From an uncultured Mycoplasmatota bacterium (GTDB lineage Bacteria > Bacillota_I > Bacilli_A > RF39 > UBA660): a stretch of 64,000 nucleotides of DNA. The translations under genes were made by a program, and so were the position numbers. Shown one piece after another: positions 8,529 to 19,205 of the stretch (within the stretch, counting starts at the first letter, position 1; every line of letters begins with the position of its first letter). Below the pieces are notes generated by a model. The model had not been told where the DNA came from and ran no database searches. It worked only from the letters and a program-made list of their open reading frames with translations. The DNA lies in contig UQVP01000001.1 in NCBI GenBank assembly GCA_900544605.1, forward strand, positions 21,858-85,857, read 5' to 3'.

Positions 8529-10991
8529 TTATTTTTCATTTGTTGATTCAACGACATCTTCGGTTCCATCATTATCATCTTTTTTTAATATTGATATATT
8601 TCCGACCTTTTGGTTATCTTTTAAATTTATCAATCTTACACCTTGAGCTACTCTTCCAGTGTTAGATACTTGCGTTAAATTTAAACGTATGATTATTCCA
8701 GAATTAGTAACAATCATTAAATCTTCATCACCTTCAACCATTCTGAAAGCAACTATATTACCGTTTTTTTCTGTTATATTTAAAGCTTTTACACCTTTGC
8801 TACCACGATGTGTCATTCTGTATTCATCTATGCTAGTTTTCTTTCCGTATCCATTTTCAGTAACTATTAATACGTTTTTATTTGGATCAGAAACTTCACA
8901 TCCTACAGCTTTTCCATCATCAACTTCAATTCCCTTAACACCGGCAGCACTTCTACCCATAACTCTGATTTCATCTTCTTTAAATCTGATCATTCTTCCA
9001 TTTGAAGATGCTATTAATATTTGATTATTTCCGGTAGTTTTCTTAACATCTAGTAATTCATCATCTTCTCTTAGTGTTATTGCAAATTTACCGTTTGATC
9101 TAATACTATCAAATTCTTCAAGCTTAGTTCTCTTAACTAAACCTGTTTGTGTACAAAATACAATATATTTAGATTCGTCATTGTTTTCTATCTTTAACAT
9201 AGCTTTAACAACTTCTTCTTTTTCTATAGGTAATAAATTAATTATTGGAATTCCTTTTGATTGTCTATTAAATAAAGGAATTTCATAACCTTTTAATCTA
9301 TATACTTTTCCTTTATTTGTAAAGAATAATATATAATCATGAGTTGTCATAGAAAGTAAATATTGTACAAAATCTTCTTCATTTGTAGACATTCCTTTAA
9401 TTCCAACTCCACCTCTATTTTGAGATTTAAAATTATCACTTAATACACGTTTTATATATCCCTTGTTAGTCAAAGTAATTACAATATCTTCAACCGGTAT
9501 TAATGATTCATCTTCTATATAATCTATAGCTGTCATATCAATTTTTGTTCTTCTATCATCACTGTATTTATTTTTAATTTCAGTTAATTCTAACTTAATT
9601 ATATCTAATACTTTTTGTTCAGAACCTAAAATTGCCTTTAATTCTTTAATACGTTCTAATAAATCATTTAATTCATTTTCAATCTTATCTTTTTCTAGAC
9701 CAGTTAATCTTCTTAACTTCATTTCCAAAATAGCTTCACATTGAATTTCATCTAAAGGAAATTTAGACATTAACTGTTCTTTAGCTATATCATCTGTCTT
9801 TGAAGCTTTAATTATCTTAATAACTTCATCAATATTGTCTAAAGCAACTTTTAATCCTTCTAAAATATGAACTCTAGCTTCACATTTGTTCAAATCAAAT
9901 CTTGTTCTTCTTATAATAATTTCTTTTTGGTAGTCAATATATTTGGTTATGATATCTTTAAGTCCAAGAGTTTTTGGAACACCATTATCAAGCATTAAAA
10001 ATATAATTCCATAATTTGTTTGAAATTGAGTATGTTTATATAAATTATTTAAAACAACTTGTGGATTTGCATCCCTTTTTAATGTAATAGTTATTTTAAT
10101 ACCATCTTTTAAGTCGGTATGATAATCAGAAATACCATCTATTGTTTTATTATGTACTAATTCTGCAACTTTATTTTTTAATTCCATTGTATTAACACCA
10201 TATGGAACTTCATCAATTACTATATAATTTTTTCCATCTTTTTCTTCTATAGTAGCATTACTTCTTATAGTAATAGTACCACGGCCTGTTTCATAAGCTT
10301 TTTTTATACCACTATTACCTAAAATTATGCCACCAGTAGGAAAATCTGGCCCTTTTATATATTCCATCAAACCTAAAGTATCAATGTCTGGATTATCAAT
10401 ATAAGCAATACAACCATCTATTACTTCACCTAAATTATGTGGTGGAATATTAGTTGCCATACCCACAGCAATACCCATTGTTCCATTAACTAATATGTTA
10501 GGAAACCTTGATGGTAATATTGATGGTTCTTTTTCTGATTCATCAAAGTTTGGAATAAAATTAACAGTATCTTTATTAATATCTCTTAGTAATTCTAATG
10601 ATATTTTTGATAATCTAGATTCAGTATAACGCATTGCTGCTGCTCCATACCCTTCAATATTACCAAAATTACCGTGTCCGTCCACTAACATATGACGATA
10701 ATTAAAATCTTGAGCCATTCTTACCATTGCTTCATATATTGAAGAATCTCCATGTGGGTGATATTTTCCCATTACATCTCCGACTATACGAGCTGATTTT
10801 TTATGAGGTTTGTCTGGTGTATATCCAGATTCATACATTGACCATAAAATTCTACGATGAACTGGCTTTAAACCGTCACGTAAATCTGGTAAAGCACGTG
10901 ATACGATTACACTCATAGAATACTCTAAAAATGATGATTTTACCTCTTCTACTATGTTATTTTCTTCTAATCTATCTCTACTATGATCCAT
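8529..10991 (-). CDS. gyrA: DNA gyrase subunit A
   Basis: 820 aa; N-terminal QRDR-region motifs and C-terminal beta-pinwheel repeats; gyrB-gyrA synteny. Confidence 0.95.
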   Translation of the reverse strand: MDHSRDRLEENNIVEEVKSSFLEYSMSVIVSRALPDLRDGLKPVHRRILWSMYESGYTPDKPHKKSARIVGDVMGKYHPHGDSSIYEAMVRMAQDFNYRHMLVDGHGNFGNIEGYGAAAMRYTESRLSKISLELLRDINKDTVNFIPNFDESEKEPSILPSRFPNILVNGTMGIAVGMATNIPPHNLGEVIDGCIAYIDNPDIDTLGLMEYIKGPDFPTGGIILGNSGIKKAYETGRGTITIRSNATIEEKDGKNYIVIDEVPYGVNTMELKNKVAELVHNKTIDGISDYHTDLKDGIKITITLKRDANPQVVLNNLYKHTQFQTNYGIIFLMLDNGVPKTLGLKDIITKYIDYQKEIIIRRTRFDLNKCEARVHILEGLKVALDNIDEVIKIIKASKTDDIAKEQLMSKFPLDEIQCEAILEMKLRRLTGLEKDKIENELNDLLERIKELKAILGSEQKVLDIIKLELTEIKNKYSDDRRTKIDMTAIDYIEDESLIPVEDIVITLTNKGYIKRVLSDNFKSQNRGGVGIKGMSTNEEDFVQYLLSMTTHDYILFFTNKGKVYRLKGYEIPLFNRQSKGIPIINLLPIEKEEVVKAMLKIENNDESKYIVFCTQTGLVKRTKLEEFDSIRSNGKFAITLREDDELLDVKKTTGNNQILIASSNGRMIRFKEDEIRVMGRSAAGVKGIEVDDGKAVGCEVSDPNKNVLIVTENGYGKKTSIDEYRMTHRGSKGVKALNITEKNGNIVAFRMVEGDEDLMIVTNSGIIIRLNLTQVSNTGRVAQGVRLINLKDNQKVGNISILKKDDNDGTEDVVESTNEK

Positions 10992-11003
10992 ATACTACAC
11001 CTC

Positions 11004-12929
11004 CTAAATATCCAAATTTTCTACATATACTGCATTATTTTCTATAAATTCTCTTCTTGGTTCTACTTCATCACCCATTAATTTAGAGAATACTTCATCT
11101 GCAGCTATTAAATCATCTACAGTTATTTTTCTTAGTATTCTTGTATTTATATCCATTGTTGTTTCATTTAATTCTTCTGCATCCATTTCTCCTAAACCTT
11201 TCATACGAGCTATATCATATTTTGTATTAGGATTTAATGAAGCTAAATAAGAATCTCTCTCTTCTTCATTTAATACATATTTAATTGTTTTACCATGTTT
11301 TATACAAAATAATGGTGGTTGAGCTGCATATACGTGTCCTGCCTCTACTATTGGTCTAAAGAATCTATAAAATAAAGTTAACAACAATACTCTAATATGT
11401 GATCCATCGACATCGGCATCGGTCATAATTATTATTTTATGATATCTTAACTTACTTAAATCGAATTCAGTTCCTATACCTGTTCCAAAAGCTGTTATTA
11501 TTGTTCTAATTTCTTCATTTGATAAAGCTCTATCTAATCTTGCTTTTTCCACATTAAGTATTTTACCTCTTAAAGGTAAAATAGCCTGAGTCATTGAATT
11601 TCTACCTTTAATAGCGGATCCACCAGCCGAATCTCCTTCGACTAAAAATATTTCGCATATTTTAGGATCTTTATCCTTACAATCAACTAATTTTCCACCA
11701 AAATTAACAACATCCAAATCACTTTTTCTTCTAGTTAATTCTCTTGCTTTTTTTGCAGCAACTCTAGCACGTGCTGCTGTCATTGTTTTTTCTATTATTA
11801 ATTTAGCTTCATCTGGATTTTCCATTAAAAATCTTTCAAATCCCGCAGAAAAAACATTATCAGCAAGCTTTCTTACTTCAGAATTTCCTAATCTTCCCTT
11901 TGTTTGGCCTTCAAATTGTGGATTAGGATGTTTACAAGAAACAATCATCGTTAATCCTTCTTTAACATCATCACCAGTTAAAGAATCATCTTTTTCCTTT
12001 AAAAAATTATTCTTTCTTGCATAATTATTTATTATACGAGTTAAAGCTCTTCTAACTCCTTCTTCATGAGTACCACCATCATGAGTGTTAATATTATTAA
12101 CAAATGAGTAAATACTATCTGTGTAACCAGAATTATATTGCATAGCAACTTCAAACATAACACCATCATCTTCACCCTCTAAGTGAATTATTTGTTCATG
12201 AATTGGTGTTTTATTTCTGTTTAAATATCTTACATATTCACTTATTCCACCTTCATAATGAAATACTTCTCCAGTTGTATCTTCTTCATCTCTATCATCT
12301 CTTAATGTTAATCTTAAACCTTTATTTAAAAAAGCTAATTCTCTAGTTCTTGTTTTTAATGTCTCATAATCATATATATCTGTATCAAAAATTTCTGGAT
12401 CCGGTTTAAATGAAACTGTTGTTCCTGTTCTATTTGGATCACAATCACCTATAACGGTTAATTTTTGAACGATTTTTCCTCCATCAGCAAACTTTGCTTC
12501 ATATATTTTTGAATCTTTGTAAACTGTTACTGTTACCCATTTAGATAAAGCATTAACAACGCTAGCTCCTACTCCATGAAGACCTCCGGATACTTTATAT
12601 CCTCCTCCTCCAAATTTTCCACCAGCATGTAATACAGTATAAACAGTTTCTACTGTGGATAATCCCGTCTTAGGATGTACTCCAACAGGAATACCTCTAC
12701 CATTATCCTTAACTGTAATAGAATTATCTTTATTAATTATTATTTCAATATTATTACAATATCCAGCTAAAGCTTCGTCTATAGAGTTATCTACTATTTC
12801 CCATACCAAATGATGTAATCCCTTTACATCTGTTGTTCCTATGTACATACCAGGACGTTTTCTAACGGCTTCTAAACCTTCCAATACTTGAATATCAGAT
12901 GCATCATAATGTTGATTATTTTGTTCCAT
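11004..12929 (-). CDS. gyrB: DNA gyrase subunit B
   Basis: GHKL ATPase, Toprim (EGDSAGG), [12 protein letters not shown] motif. Confidence 0.95.
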   Translation of the reverse strand: MEQNNQHYDASDIQVLEGLEAVRKRPGMYIGTTDVKGLHHLVWEIVDNSIDEALAGYCNNIEIIINKDNSITVKDNGRGIPVGVHPKTGLSTVETVYTVLHAGGKFGGGGYKVSGGLHGVGASVVNALSKWVTVTVYKDSKIYEAKFADGGKIVQKLTVIGDCDPNRTGTTVSFKPDPEIFDTDIYDYETLKTRTRELAFLNKGLRLTLRDDRDEEDTTGEVFHYEGGISEYVRYLNRNKTPIHEQIIHLEGEDDGVMFEVAMQYNSGYTDSIYSFVNNINTHDGGTHEEGVRRALTRIINNYARKNNFLKEKDDSLTGDDVKEGLTMIVSCKHPNPQFEGQTKGRLGNSEVRKLADNVFSAGFERFLMENPDEAKLIIEKTMTAARARVAAKKARELTRRKSDLDVVNFGGKLVDCKDKDPKICEIFLVEGDSAGGSAIKGRNSMTQAILPLRGKILNVEKARLDRALSNEEIRTIITAFGTGIGTEFDLSKLRYHKIIIMTDADVDGSHIRVLLLTLFYRFFRPIVEAGHVYAAQPPLFCIKHGKTIKYVLNEEERDSYLASLNPNTKYDIARMKGLGEMDAEELNETTMDINTRILRKITVDDLIAADEVFSKLMGDEVEPRREFIENNAVYVENLDI

Positions 12930-12930
12930 T

Positions 12931-14043
12931 TTATTCCACCTCTTCTATTTTTCCACCATTTATCTTTATTAGATTAGATGTATTAATTAAGTTTTCATCT
13001 AAATTTGATAAATCTGTTGTTGTTATAATTGTTTGAATTTCATTGTTAATATAGTTTAGTAAACTATTTTTTTTATTATTGTCTAATTCACTAAATACAT
13101 CATCTAAAAGTAATATAGGTTTTGTCTGTTTAAAATCATTAAAAATATTTATTTCGGATAATTTAAACACTAAAACACCTAAACGTTGTTGACCTTGTGA
13201 ACCATACAATTTTAAATTTTTACTCTCGTATATAAACTCAAAATCATCTTTTTGAGGACCTAACAATGTGATTTTATATTTTTTATCCCTATATAAATTC
13301 TTTTTATATTCCTCTTTTATTTTAGTTTTAATATCTTCATCATTAAAATCAAAATGATCAAAATTAGTTTTATATACAATTTCATAATTATCGCTATTAT
13401 ATATTTTTTCACTTATATGCTTACTATATTGATTAATTTTATAAATGTATTTTTTACGCATTTTATATATATATATACTTTTATCAATTAAATGATCTGT
13501 TATAATATCAAAATAATTATCATCAAAATCGATTCTATCAACATATTTTTTTAGATAATCATTTCTAATTTTTAATAATTTATTATAGTCGCTTATATTT
13601 TTAAAATATATACTTGATAATTGACTTAATTGGATATTTAAATATCTTCTTCTTACTTCTGGATTACCTTTTATCAAATTTAAATCATCAGGATAAAAGA
13701 AAATTGTGTTAATGTTAGATATATAATCACTAATTTTATTAATTTTATCATCATTTATTTTTAATAATTTTTTGTGATTAATTAATTCTATAGAATATTT
13801 ATTGGTTAAGTCATTATCTTTAATAATACCTTCAACAAATAAACTATCTTCTCCATTCTTTATTAAATTATTATCCAAAAAAGAATGATGTGATTTAGTT
13901 ACCGATAAATAATATATAGATTCTAATAAATTTGTCTTCCCTTGAGCATTATTTCCATAGATAATATTAATGCCAGGAGTAAAATCTAATACTAATTTTT
14001 CATAATTTCTAAAATTATGTAATTTTATCTTGCTCAAATACAT
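12931..14043 (-). CDS. recF: DNA replication and repair protein RecF
   Basis: Walker [13 protein letters not shown]-like signature region; 2 nt before gyrB. Confidence 0.9.
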   Translation of the reverse strand: MYLSKIKLHNFRNYEKLVLDFTPGINIIYGNNAQGKTNLLESIYYLSVTKSHHSFLDNNLIKNGEDSLFVEGIIKDNDLTNKYSIELINHKKLLKINDDKINKISDYISNINTIFFYPDDLNLIKGNPEVRRRYLNIQLSQLSSIYFKNISDYNKLLKIRNDYLKKYVDRIDFDDNYFDIITDHLIDKSIYIYKMRKKYIYKINQYSKHISEKIYNSDNYEIVYKTNFDHFDFNDEDIKTKIKEEYKKNLYRDKKYKITLLGPQKDDFEFIYESKNLKLYGSQGQQRLGVLVFKLSEINIFNDFKQTKPILLLDDVFSELDNNKKNSLLNYINNEIQTIITTTDLSNLDENLINTSNLIKINGGKIEEVE

Positions 14044-14150
14044 ATAACACCCCTGTTTTTGATATTTTTAAGGCTGTAGAAGAAAAAAAGTACATTTTTA
14101 ATATTCCTATACATCATATATATTATATCATAAATTTGATAATAAAAAGC

Positions 14151-14181
14151 AAAAAAATAGGTAAAAGTACCTATTTTTTTT
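14151..14181. terminator. Bidirectional intrinsic terminator downstream of comK-like gene
   Basis: A7-TAGGTA-aaag-TACCTA-T8 hairpin. Confidence 0.55.
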
Positions 14182-14185
14182 ATTA

Positions 14186-14635
14186 TTATTGGTTTTTTCG
14201 ACTTCTTAAAATTGATTCTAAACGAGATGCACGTAAAATTTGACTTTCTAATGTAAATATAGAAATATCTAAATTCAAATTAGTATCATTTTTAAAAGTA
14301 ATATTGGAACCCTTATTACATCTAACATAATTTTTTAAATTATTTAAAGAAATCCAAGCACATTCTACTAATCTTGGTGATGCGGTTGGAAAAAAGATAA
14401 TACTTCTACTCTCTTCTACTATGATAGGTAATTTATAGCTCATTCCTAACATATTTTTAGTACCTTCATATCTACCTTGATAATTACTCCCATAATAACA
14501 ACAGCTTTCATTTATAATTTCAAAAACAGGTTTATCAATTATGTATTCATTTCCTATTTCTATTATTCTAGTTGTGGTTTCATCTATAGGAACGATTGCT
14601 AAAGTACCAATATTAATTTCATAACTATGCAACAT
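14186..14635 (-). CDS. comK: ComK-family competence transcription factor homolog (likely true start at ATG 14633-14635 rather than the ORF-track start at 14695)
   Basis: ...SYEINIGTLAIVPIDE...CCYYGSNYQGR...KLPIIVEESRSIIFFPTASPRLVECAWISL... matches B. subtilis ComK blocks (SYEVNGATIAVLPEE / CRFFGSSYAGR / KPPIMVDPSNQIFLFPTLSSTRPQCGWIS, recalled from memory). A strong RBS AGGGAGGTG lies 7 nt upstream of the internal Met (M21 of the track ORF). Confidence 0.75.
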   Translation of the reverse strand: MLHSYEINIGTLAIVPIDETTTRIIEIGNEYIIDKPVFEIINESCCYYGSNYQGRYEGTKNMLGMSYKLPIIVEESRSIIFFPTASPRLVECAWISLNNLKNYVRCNKGSNITFKNDTNLNLDISIFTLESQILRASRLESILRSRKNQ

Positions 14636-14700
14636 TAAATTCACCTCCCTACTTATAAATTTCCACAAAAAATGGAAATTTCCTTTCTTATACATTAATT

Positions 14701-14730
14701 TTTTGTCAAATTTTGTCGATTTTTGTCGAA
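14701..14730. promoter_or_regulatory. Three tandem 10-bp repeats TTTTGTCAAA/TTTTGTCGAT/TTTTGTCGAA containing Spo0A-box-like heptamers (TGTCGAA consensus)
   Basis: Direct repeats read from sequence in the comK-like upstream region; TGTCGAA (14725-14731) is a perfect 0A box. Confidence 0.45.
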
Positions 14731-14769
14731 AAAAAAGGAAAATTTAATATTTTCCTTAAAATTTATCAA

Positions 14770-15891
14770 CTAATATGTTCTTATAGGTAAAATTAATTGT
14801 ATCAAATCATCATTAGATGCATCTTTAATAATTATAGGTTTTATTTCACCATTAAATAATAATTTAACATTATCACATTCCATTACTTTTAATGCATCCA
14901 TCATAAATTTAGAACTAAAAGCTATTTTTATATCATTATTATTACTTTCTATAATATCTAATTTTTCTTCTACATTACCAATTTCAGGAATATTAGATCT
15001 TAATAAAATTTTATTATCTATTATACTTAATTTTACTGTATTTTTATCTGCCTCATTTGTTAATAATGATGCCCTATCAATAGAATTATATAAATCTTTT
15101 AAATTTACTATTATTTCTGTTGAAAATTCTTCTGGGATTAATTTTGATGTATCAGGATAAGAGCCATTTATCAATCTTGACATAAATATAATTGTATCAA
15201 ACATAAATATAATTTTATTATTGAATATATGAATTTTTATTTCTGCTTCATCATCATTTAATAACTTTAACAATTCATTTAAATTTCTAGTTGGAATTAT
15301 TATATTTATTTTTTCATTACTTTCAAATGGTAATTTTATTTTTTTACTTGCTAATCGATATGAATCTGTTGCTGTACATTCTAAAATATCTTGATTTATT
15401 TTTAAATTTATACCAGTTAATACAGGTCTTGATTCTTGTGTAGATGTTGCAAATATAGTCTGATTTATTATGTTTTTAAATACTTTTTGATTTAAAACAA
15501 TAGGATTTTTATTTTCTTCTAATTCTAATTTTGGAAAATCGTTTACTAAATTACAATTTAAATTAAAAGAAGAATTTTTTGTGTTAATAAAGATTTTAGA
15601 ATCCATAACTTCTTCTATATCAATTATTTCATTTGGTAATTTTTTAATAATATCATATATATATCTACCAGATACTACAATATCACCAAGTGTATCAATA
15701 TTCTCAATATCTTCTTTTTTGATAAATGTTTTTATTGAAATTTCATTATCAGTACTTAACAAGTATAAACCTTCACTTTTTAATTCAAATTTTATACAAT
15801 TTAGAATTGGTATCAAATTTTTATTTGATATTCCCTTAATAACATAATTTAAATGCTCCATTAATATATTTTGTTTAATTTTTAATTTCAT
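14770..15891 (-). CDS. dnaN: DNA polymerase III beta sliding clamp
   Basis: 373 aa; MKLKIKQNIL... beta-clamp three-domain length; dnaA-dnaN synteny. Confidence 0.9.
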   Translation of the reverse strand: MKLKIKQNILMEHLNYVIKGISNKNLIPILNCIKFELKSEGLYLLSTDNEISIKTFIKKEDIENIDTLGDIVVSGRYIYDIIKKLPNEIIDIEEVMDSKIFINTKNSSFNLNCNLVNDFPKLELEENKNPIVLNQKVFKNIINQTIFATSTQESRPVLTGINLKINQDILECTATDSYRLASKKIKLPFESNEKINIIIPTRNLNELLKLLNDDEAEIKIHIFNNKIIFMFDTIIFMSRLINGSYPDTSKLIPEEFSTEIIVNLKDLYNSIDRASLLTNEADKNTVKLSIIDNKILLRSNIPEIGNVEEKLDIIESNNNDIKIAFSSKFMMDALKVMECDNVKLLFNGEIKPIIIKDASNDDLIQLILPIRTY

Positions 15892-16042
15892 AAAAAACCT
15901 CCCTAATTTATTATTATTTTAATTATTATCTTTATTATTAATGTGTAAAATGTTTAAAACTTAATTATTTGTTAAAAAATAAAGTAATTTACTATTAGAA
16001 TAACTGTGGAAAACAATTTTAAAATTTTAAATTTTCCACTTT
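15892..16042. promoter_or_regulatory. oriC: oriC part 1 (dnaA-dnaN intergenic): AT-rich candidate unwinding element plus DnaA boxes
   Basis: TGTGGAAAA at 16005-16013 and TTTTCCACt at 16032-16040; very AT-rich tract 15895-15990. Confidence 0.6.
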
Positions 16043-17404
16043 TTATTTAATTTGATTAACAATTTTATTAATTTGTTCTTCTAATTCATGATTAGTTTTT
16101 ATTTCTTTTTTTATTTTATCTACTGAATGCATAACAGTTGTATGATCTTTTCCACCAAATTCTAATCCTATTTTAGGCAATGATTCAGCTAAATAAGTTC
16201 TACAAATATACATTCCTACTTGCCTTGGTACAGAAATACTTGCCATCCTTTTTTTACTTTTAATATCTTCAACAGATATATTGTAAGCATTTGCAATTAA
16301 TTGTTGTACTTGTTCAATCTTATTTTTTGATATAATACTTTTTACAAAATAGTCTTTTAGTGCTTCTGTTGCAAGTTCAATTGTAATATCAGACCCATTC
16401 ATTATGGTTGCATAAGCGAAAACTCTAGTTATTGCACCTTCTAATTTTCTAATATCAGATGTACAATTGCTGGCAATATATTCTTTAACCTCTATAGGAA
16501 AATCATTGCACACATCATTAGCTTCTATTTTTTTGTCTATTATATCCATTCTTAATTTAAAATCTGGTGGTAGAATATCTATTGTTAATCCCCAATTGAA
16601 TCTTGTTCTAAGTCTTTCTTCTAATTTTTTTAAATCATCTGGTGATCTATCAGAAGAAATAATTATTTGCTTATTATTACAATGTAATTCATTAAATGTG
16701 TTGAAAAATTCTTGTTGTGTTTTGCTAGCTATTTCTAGGTATTGAATATCATCAATCATTAAAACATCAACATTTCTATATTTATTTTTAAATTCATCAA
16801 CAGCATCAAAATTATTTTCATCTTTATTTTTTCTATAAATATTTAGAAAATCATCAACAAATTTTTCACTTGTGACATATAAAACTTTTTTATTACTATT
16901 TTTAACAATATAATTACCTATCGCGTGCATTAAATGTGTTTTTCCTAGTCCACTACTACCATATATAAACAAAGGATTGTACATAAAACCAGGTTGTTCT
17001 GCTACCGCTAAAGAAGTAGCCTTCGCAAATTTATTACTATTTCCCACAATAAAATTATCAAAAGTATATTTAGGGTCGAGATTAGATTCATATAGATTAT
17101 TAGATGGAACCCCTACTTTATCAACGTCAATTGTAACATTTTTAACAATTTCTTCTTCTAATAAATATTCAAATTTAAAATTGCTACCAGTTATCTCTGT
17201 GAAAATTTCTTCTATTAAATTATTATAATTTTCTTTTAAATGTTTCTTATGTACTTGCATGGGAACTAAAATTTTGGCTGTATTATCGTTTAGTTCTATT
17301 AATTTAGTGTCCATAAACCATGTTTCATATAGTATAGGATCTAATTCAGCTTTTATTTTTTCAAGAAACAAGCTCCATATTGTATTAATATCCACACAAA
17401 ACAC
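16043..17404 (-). CDS. dnaA: Chromosomal replication initiator protein DnaA
   Basis: AAA+ Walker A GSSGLGKTHL, C-terminal DnaA-box-binding domain; flanked by DnaA-box clusters. Confidence 0.95.
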   Translation of the reverse strand: MFCVDINTIWSLFLEKIKAELDPILYETWFMDTKLIELNDNTAKILVPMQVHKKHLKENYNNLIEEIFTEITGSNFKFEYLLEEEIVKNVTIDVDKVGVPSNNLYESNLDPKYTFDNFIVGNSNKFAKATSLAVAEQPGFMYNPLFIYGSSGLGKTHLMHAIGNYIVKNSNKKVLYVTSEKFVDDFLNIYRKNKDENNFDAVDEFKNKYRNVDVLMIDDIQYLEIASKTQQEFFNTFNELHCNNKQIIISSDRSPDDLKKLEERLRTRFNWGLTIDILPPDFKLRMDIIDKKIEANDVCNDFPIEVKEYIASNCTSDIRKLEGAITRVFAYATIMNGSDITIELATEALKDYFVKSIISKNKIEQVQQLIANAYNISVEDIKSKKRMASISVPRQVGMYICRTYLAESLPKIGLEFGGKDHTTVMHSVDKIKKEIKTNHELEEQINKIVNQIK

Positions 17405-17758
17405 CTCACTTTAATAACAGTTAACATTATTTTACACCAAAAAAATATAAAAACCAATATTAAACTGTGGAAAAAAGCAAAAATCGACAAATTAACACAA
17501 TTTTCCACACAAATTGACATTAAATAATAAGATAAAAACATACTTTTCAACATAAGATGTGGAAAAGTAATTAACATATAATTTTGATTGTTATTAAGTT
17601 TTCCACATATACTGTGGAAAATATGGTTAGATATTATAAAATATATTAAAAATACTTGTGGAAAAAAGTTATAATAATAGCTAAAAAATATTTGACAAAT
17701 AAGAAAAATATCTATATAATGGTTAAAGCGATGAAATATAGGCTTTAGGAGGTGGAAT
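17405..17758. promoter_or_regulatory. oriC: oriC part 2 (dnaA-rpmH intergenic): cluster of at least 7 DnaA boxes (TTTTCCACA / TGTGGAAAA)
   Basis: Boxes at 17466-17474, 17501-17509, 17557-17565, 17599-17607, 17613-17621 and 17657-17665, plus ATATCCACA at 17389-17397. A 0A-box-like TGTCGAT (reverse complement of aaatcgaca at about 17483-17492) lies between boxes. Confidence 0.8.
17692..17720 (+). promoter_or_regulatory. Consensus sigma-A promoter for rpmH-rnpA (TTGACA-17-TATAAT)
   Basis: ttgaca at 17692-17697, 17-nt spacer, tataat at 17715-17720. Confidence 0.7.
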
Positions 17759-17881
17759 ATGAAAAGAACATTTCAACCAAACAATAGAAAAAGAAGTAAA
17801 AAAATGGGTTTTTTAGCTCGTATGAAAACTAAAATGATCAATTCTAGAAGAAGAAAGGGTCGTAAAGTTTTATCACATTAA
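17759..17881 (+). CDS. rpmH: 50S ribosomal protein L34
   Basis: [40 protein letters not shown] (40 aa), RBS GGAGGTG; not in the ORF track (too short). Confidence 0.95.
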   Translation: MKRTFQPNNRKRSKKMGFLARMKTKMINSRRRKGRKVLSH

Positions 17882-17886
17882 TTTAA

Positions 17887-17914
17887 GGCCACTGCTTAAC
17901 AGTGGCTTTTAGTT
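17887..17914 (+). terminator. Hairpin (GCCACTG-cttaa-CAGTGGC) plus U tract after rpmH
   Basis: Read from sequence; may be a partial terminator/attenuator, since rnpA follows. Confidence 0.5.
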
Positions 17915-17929
17915 TAAAGAAGGTGCCTT

Positions 17930-18280
17930 ATGAAAAAAGAAAATATAATAAAGAAAAGCTTAGATTTTGATAGAATAATAAAAAATAATAAATCATATAA
18001 ATATAAAGATTATATAATTTATTTAGAAAAAACAGAAAATAATACTTATCATTTTGGTTTATCTGTTGGTAAAAAAATAGGTAATGCTGTAACAAGAAAT
18101 AAAATCAAGAGACAGTTAAAAAATATAATTGATAAAAATAACTATGAAAAAGGAATTAATTGTATTATAATAGTAAGGAAAGGTTTATTAGAAAAAACTT
18201 ATCAAGAAAAAGAAAAAATTTTACTTGAAGCATTTCACAAATTAAATATAATTAAGGAGAAAAATAATGAAAAAAAATAA
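17930..18280 (+). CDS. rnpA: Ribonuclease P protein component
   Basis: 116 aa basic protein immediately after rpmH. Confidence 0.9.
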   Translation: MKKENIIKKSLDFDRIIKNNKSYKYKDYIIYLEKTENNTYHFGLSVGKKIGNAVTRNKIKRQLKNIIDKNNYEKGINCIIIVRKGLLEKTYQEKEKILLEAFHKLNIIKEKNNEKK

Positions 18281-19205
18281 ATTAAAGATACTTTTAGTAT
18301 TATTTGTTGTTATGATATCATTAACAGGGTGTACTAAGATTTTAAAAAATGATGAAAAAAAAGTAGTTCAAAATACAGTTACAGGTCAAAATTTGGTTGA
18401 AAACATATTATGTAAGCCAAAAGATGAAAAAACTTTAAATCTATATAAAGAAAATAATGTTGATGTTGACTCACTAGTTGATTGTGAAAATTTTAAAATT
18501 ACGTCTGGTGGATACGAGGGTATTTGGACAACAATATTTGTTAAACCATTAGCGTGGATTATAATAAAGTTAGGTAATTTAGTAAAAAATTATGGTATTT
18601 CAGTAATATTAGTTACTCTTGCAATAAGATTAATTTTATATCCAATTACTAAAAAAACAGCTTTACAATCTGAAAATATGAAAAAAGCCAAACCTGACTT
18701 AGACAAATTAGAAAAAAAATATAAAAATAGACAAGATAATGAAGCGATGATGCAAAAATCACAAGAAATGATGCTTATTTATAAAAAATATGGAATAAGC
18801 CCATTATCAGGATGTTTATTTTCATTCATTCAAATTCCGTTATTTTTCGCTTTTTATGAAGCTATGAACAGAATACCTGCGTTATTTGAAGAAAAATTAT
18901 TATGTTTTCAATTAGGAACTAGTCCTTTAACAGCAATGACAAACGGCAAATTCTATTATTTAATATTTGTTATTTTAGTTATAGCTACAACATATTACTC
19001 ATTTAAATTAAATGCGACAGCTACAATGAGCGTAGAACAAGAAAAACAAATGAAAATGATGAGTAATATTTCAATCATATTTATTTCAATAGCATCATTA
19101 TCAATTTCATCAGGAATTGCATTATATTGGATTTTTAATAGTGGATTTACTATTTTACAAAATTTATTAGTTAAAAGGAGTAAGAAAAATGCAAATGTTA
19201 TATAA
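18267..19205 (+). CDS. yidC: Membrane protein insertase YidC/SpoIIIJ (lipoprotein type)
   Basis: Lipobox LTGC, 60 kDa-insertase fold length, rnpA-yidC-jag synteny. Confidence 0.9.
   Translation: MKKNKLKILLVLFVVMISLTGCTKILKNDEKKVVQNTVTGQNLVENILCKPKDEKTLNLYKENNVDVDSLVDCENFKITSGGYEGIWTTIFVKPLAWIIIKLGNLVKNYGISVILVTLAIRLILYPITKKTALQSENMKKAKPDLDKLEKKYKNRQDNEAMMQKSQEMMLIYKKYGISPLSGCLFSFIQIPLFFAFYEAMNRIPALFEEKLLCFQLGTSPLTAMTNGKFYYLIFVILVIATTYYSFKLNATATMSVEQEKQMKMMSNISIIFISIASLSISSGIALYWIFNSGFTILQNLLVKRSKKNANVI

Noticed and set aside
8220-8530. Considered the four CACGTG palindromes as ordinary rho-independent terminators or a REP-like repeat family
   Set aside because: Identical 16-bp cores matching the parS consensus exactly are not expected for independent terminators. 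Only copy 4 has flanking T tracts that make it a plausible terminator as well.
14701-14730. Tandem decamer repeats checked as a possible mini-CRISPR or satellite
   Set aside because: There are only three units with no spacers and no cas genes. Each unit contains a Spo0A-box-like TGTCGAA, which favours a transcription-factor site array.
17353-17577. 74-aa minus-strand ORF overlapping the dnaA start and the DnaA-box cluster
   Set aside because: It lies across oriC regulatory DNA, is hydrophobic and low-complexity, and has no RBS. The region is better explained as a DnaA-box array.
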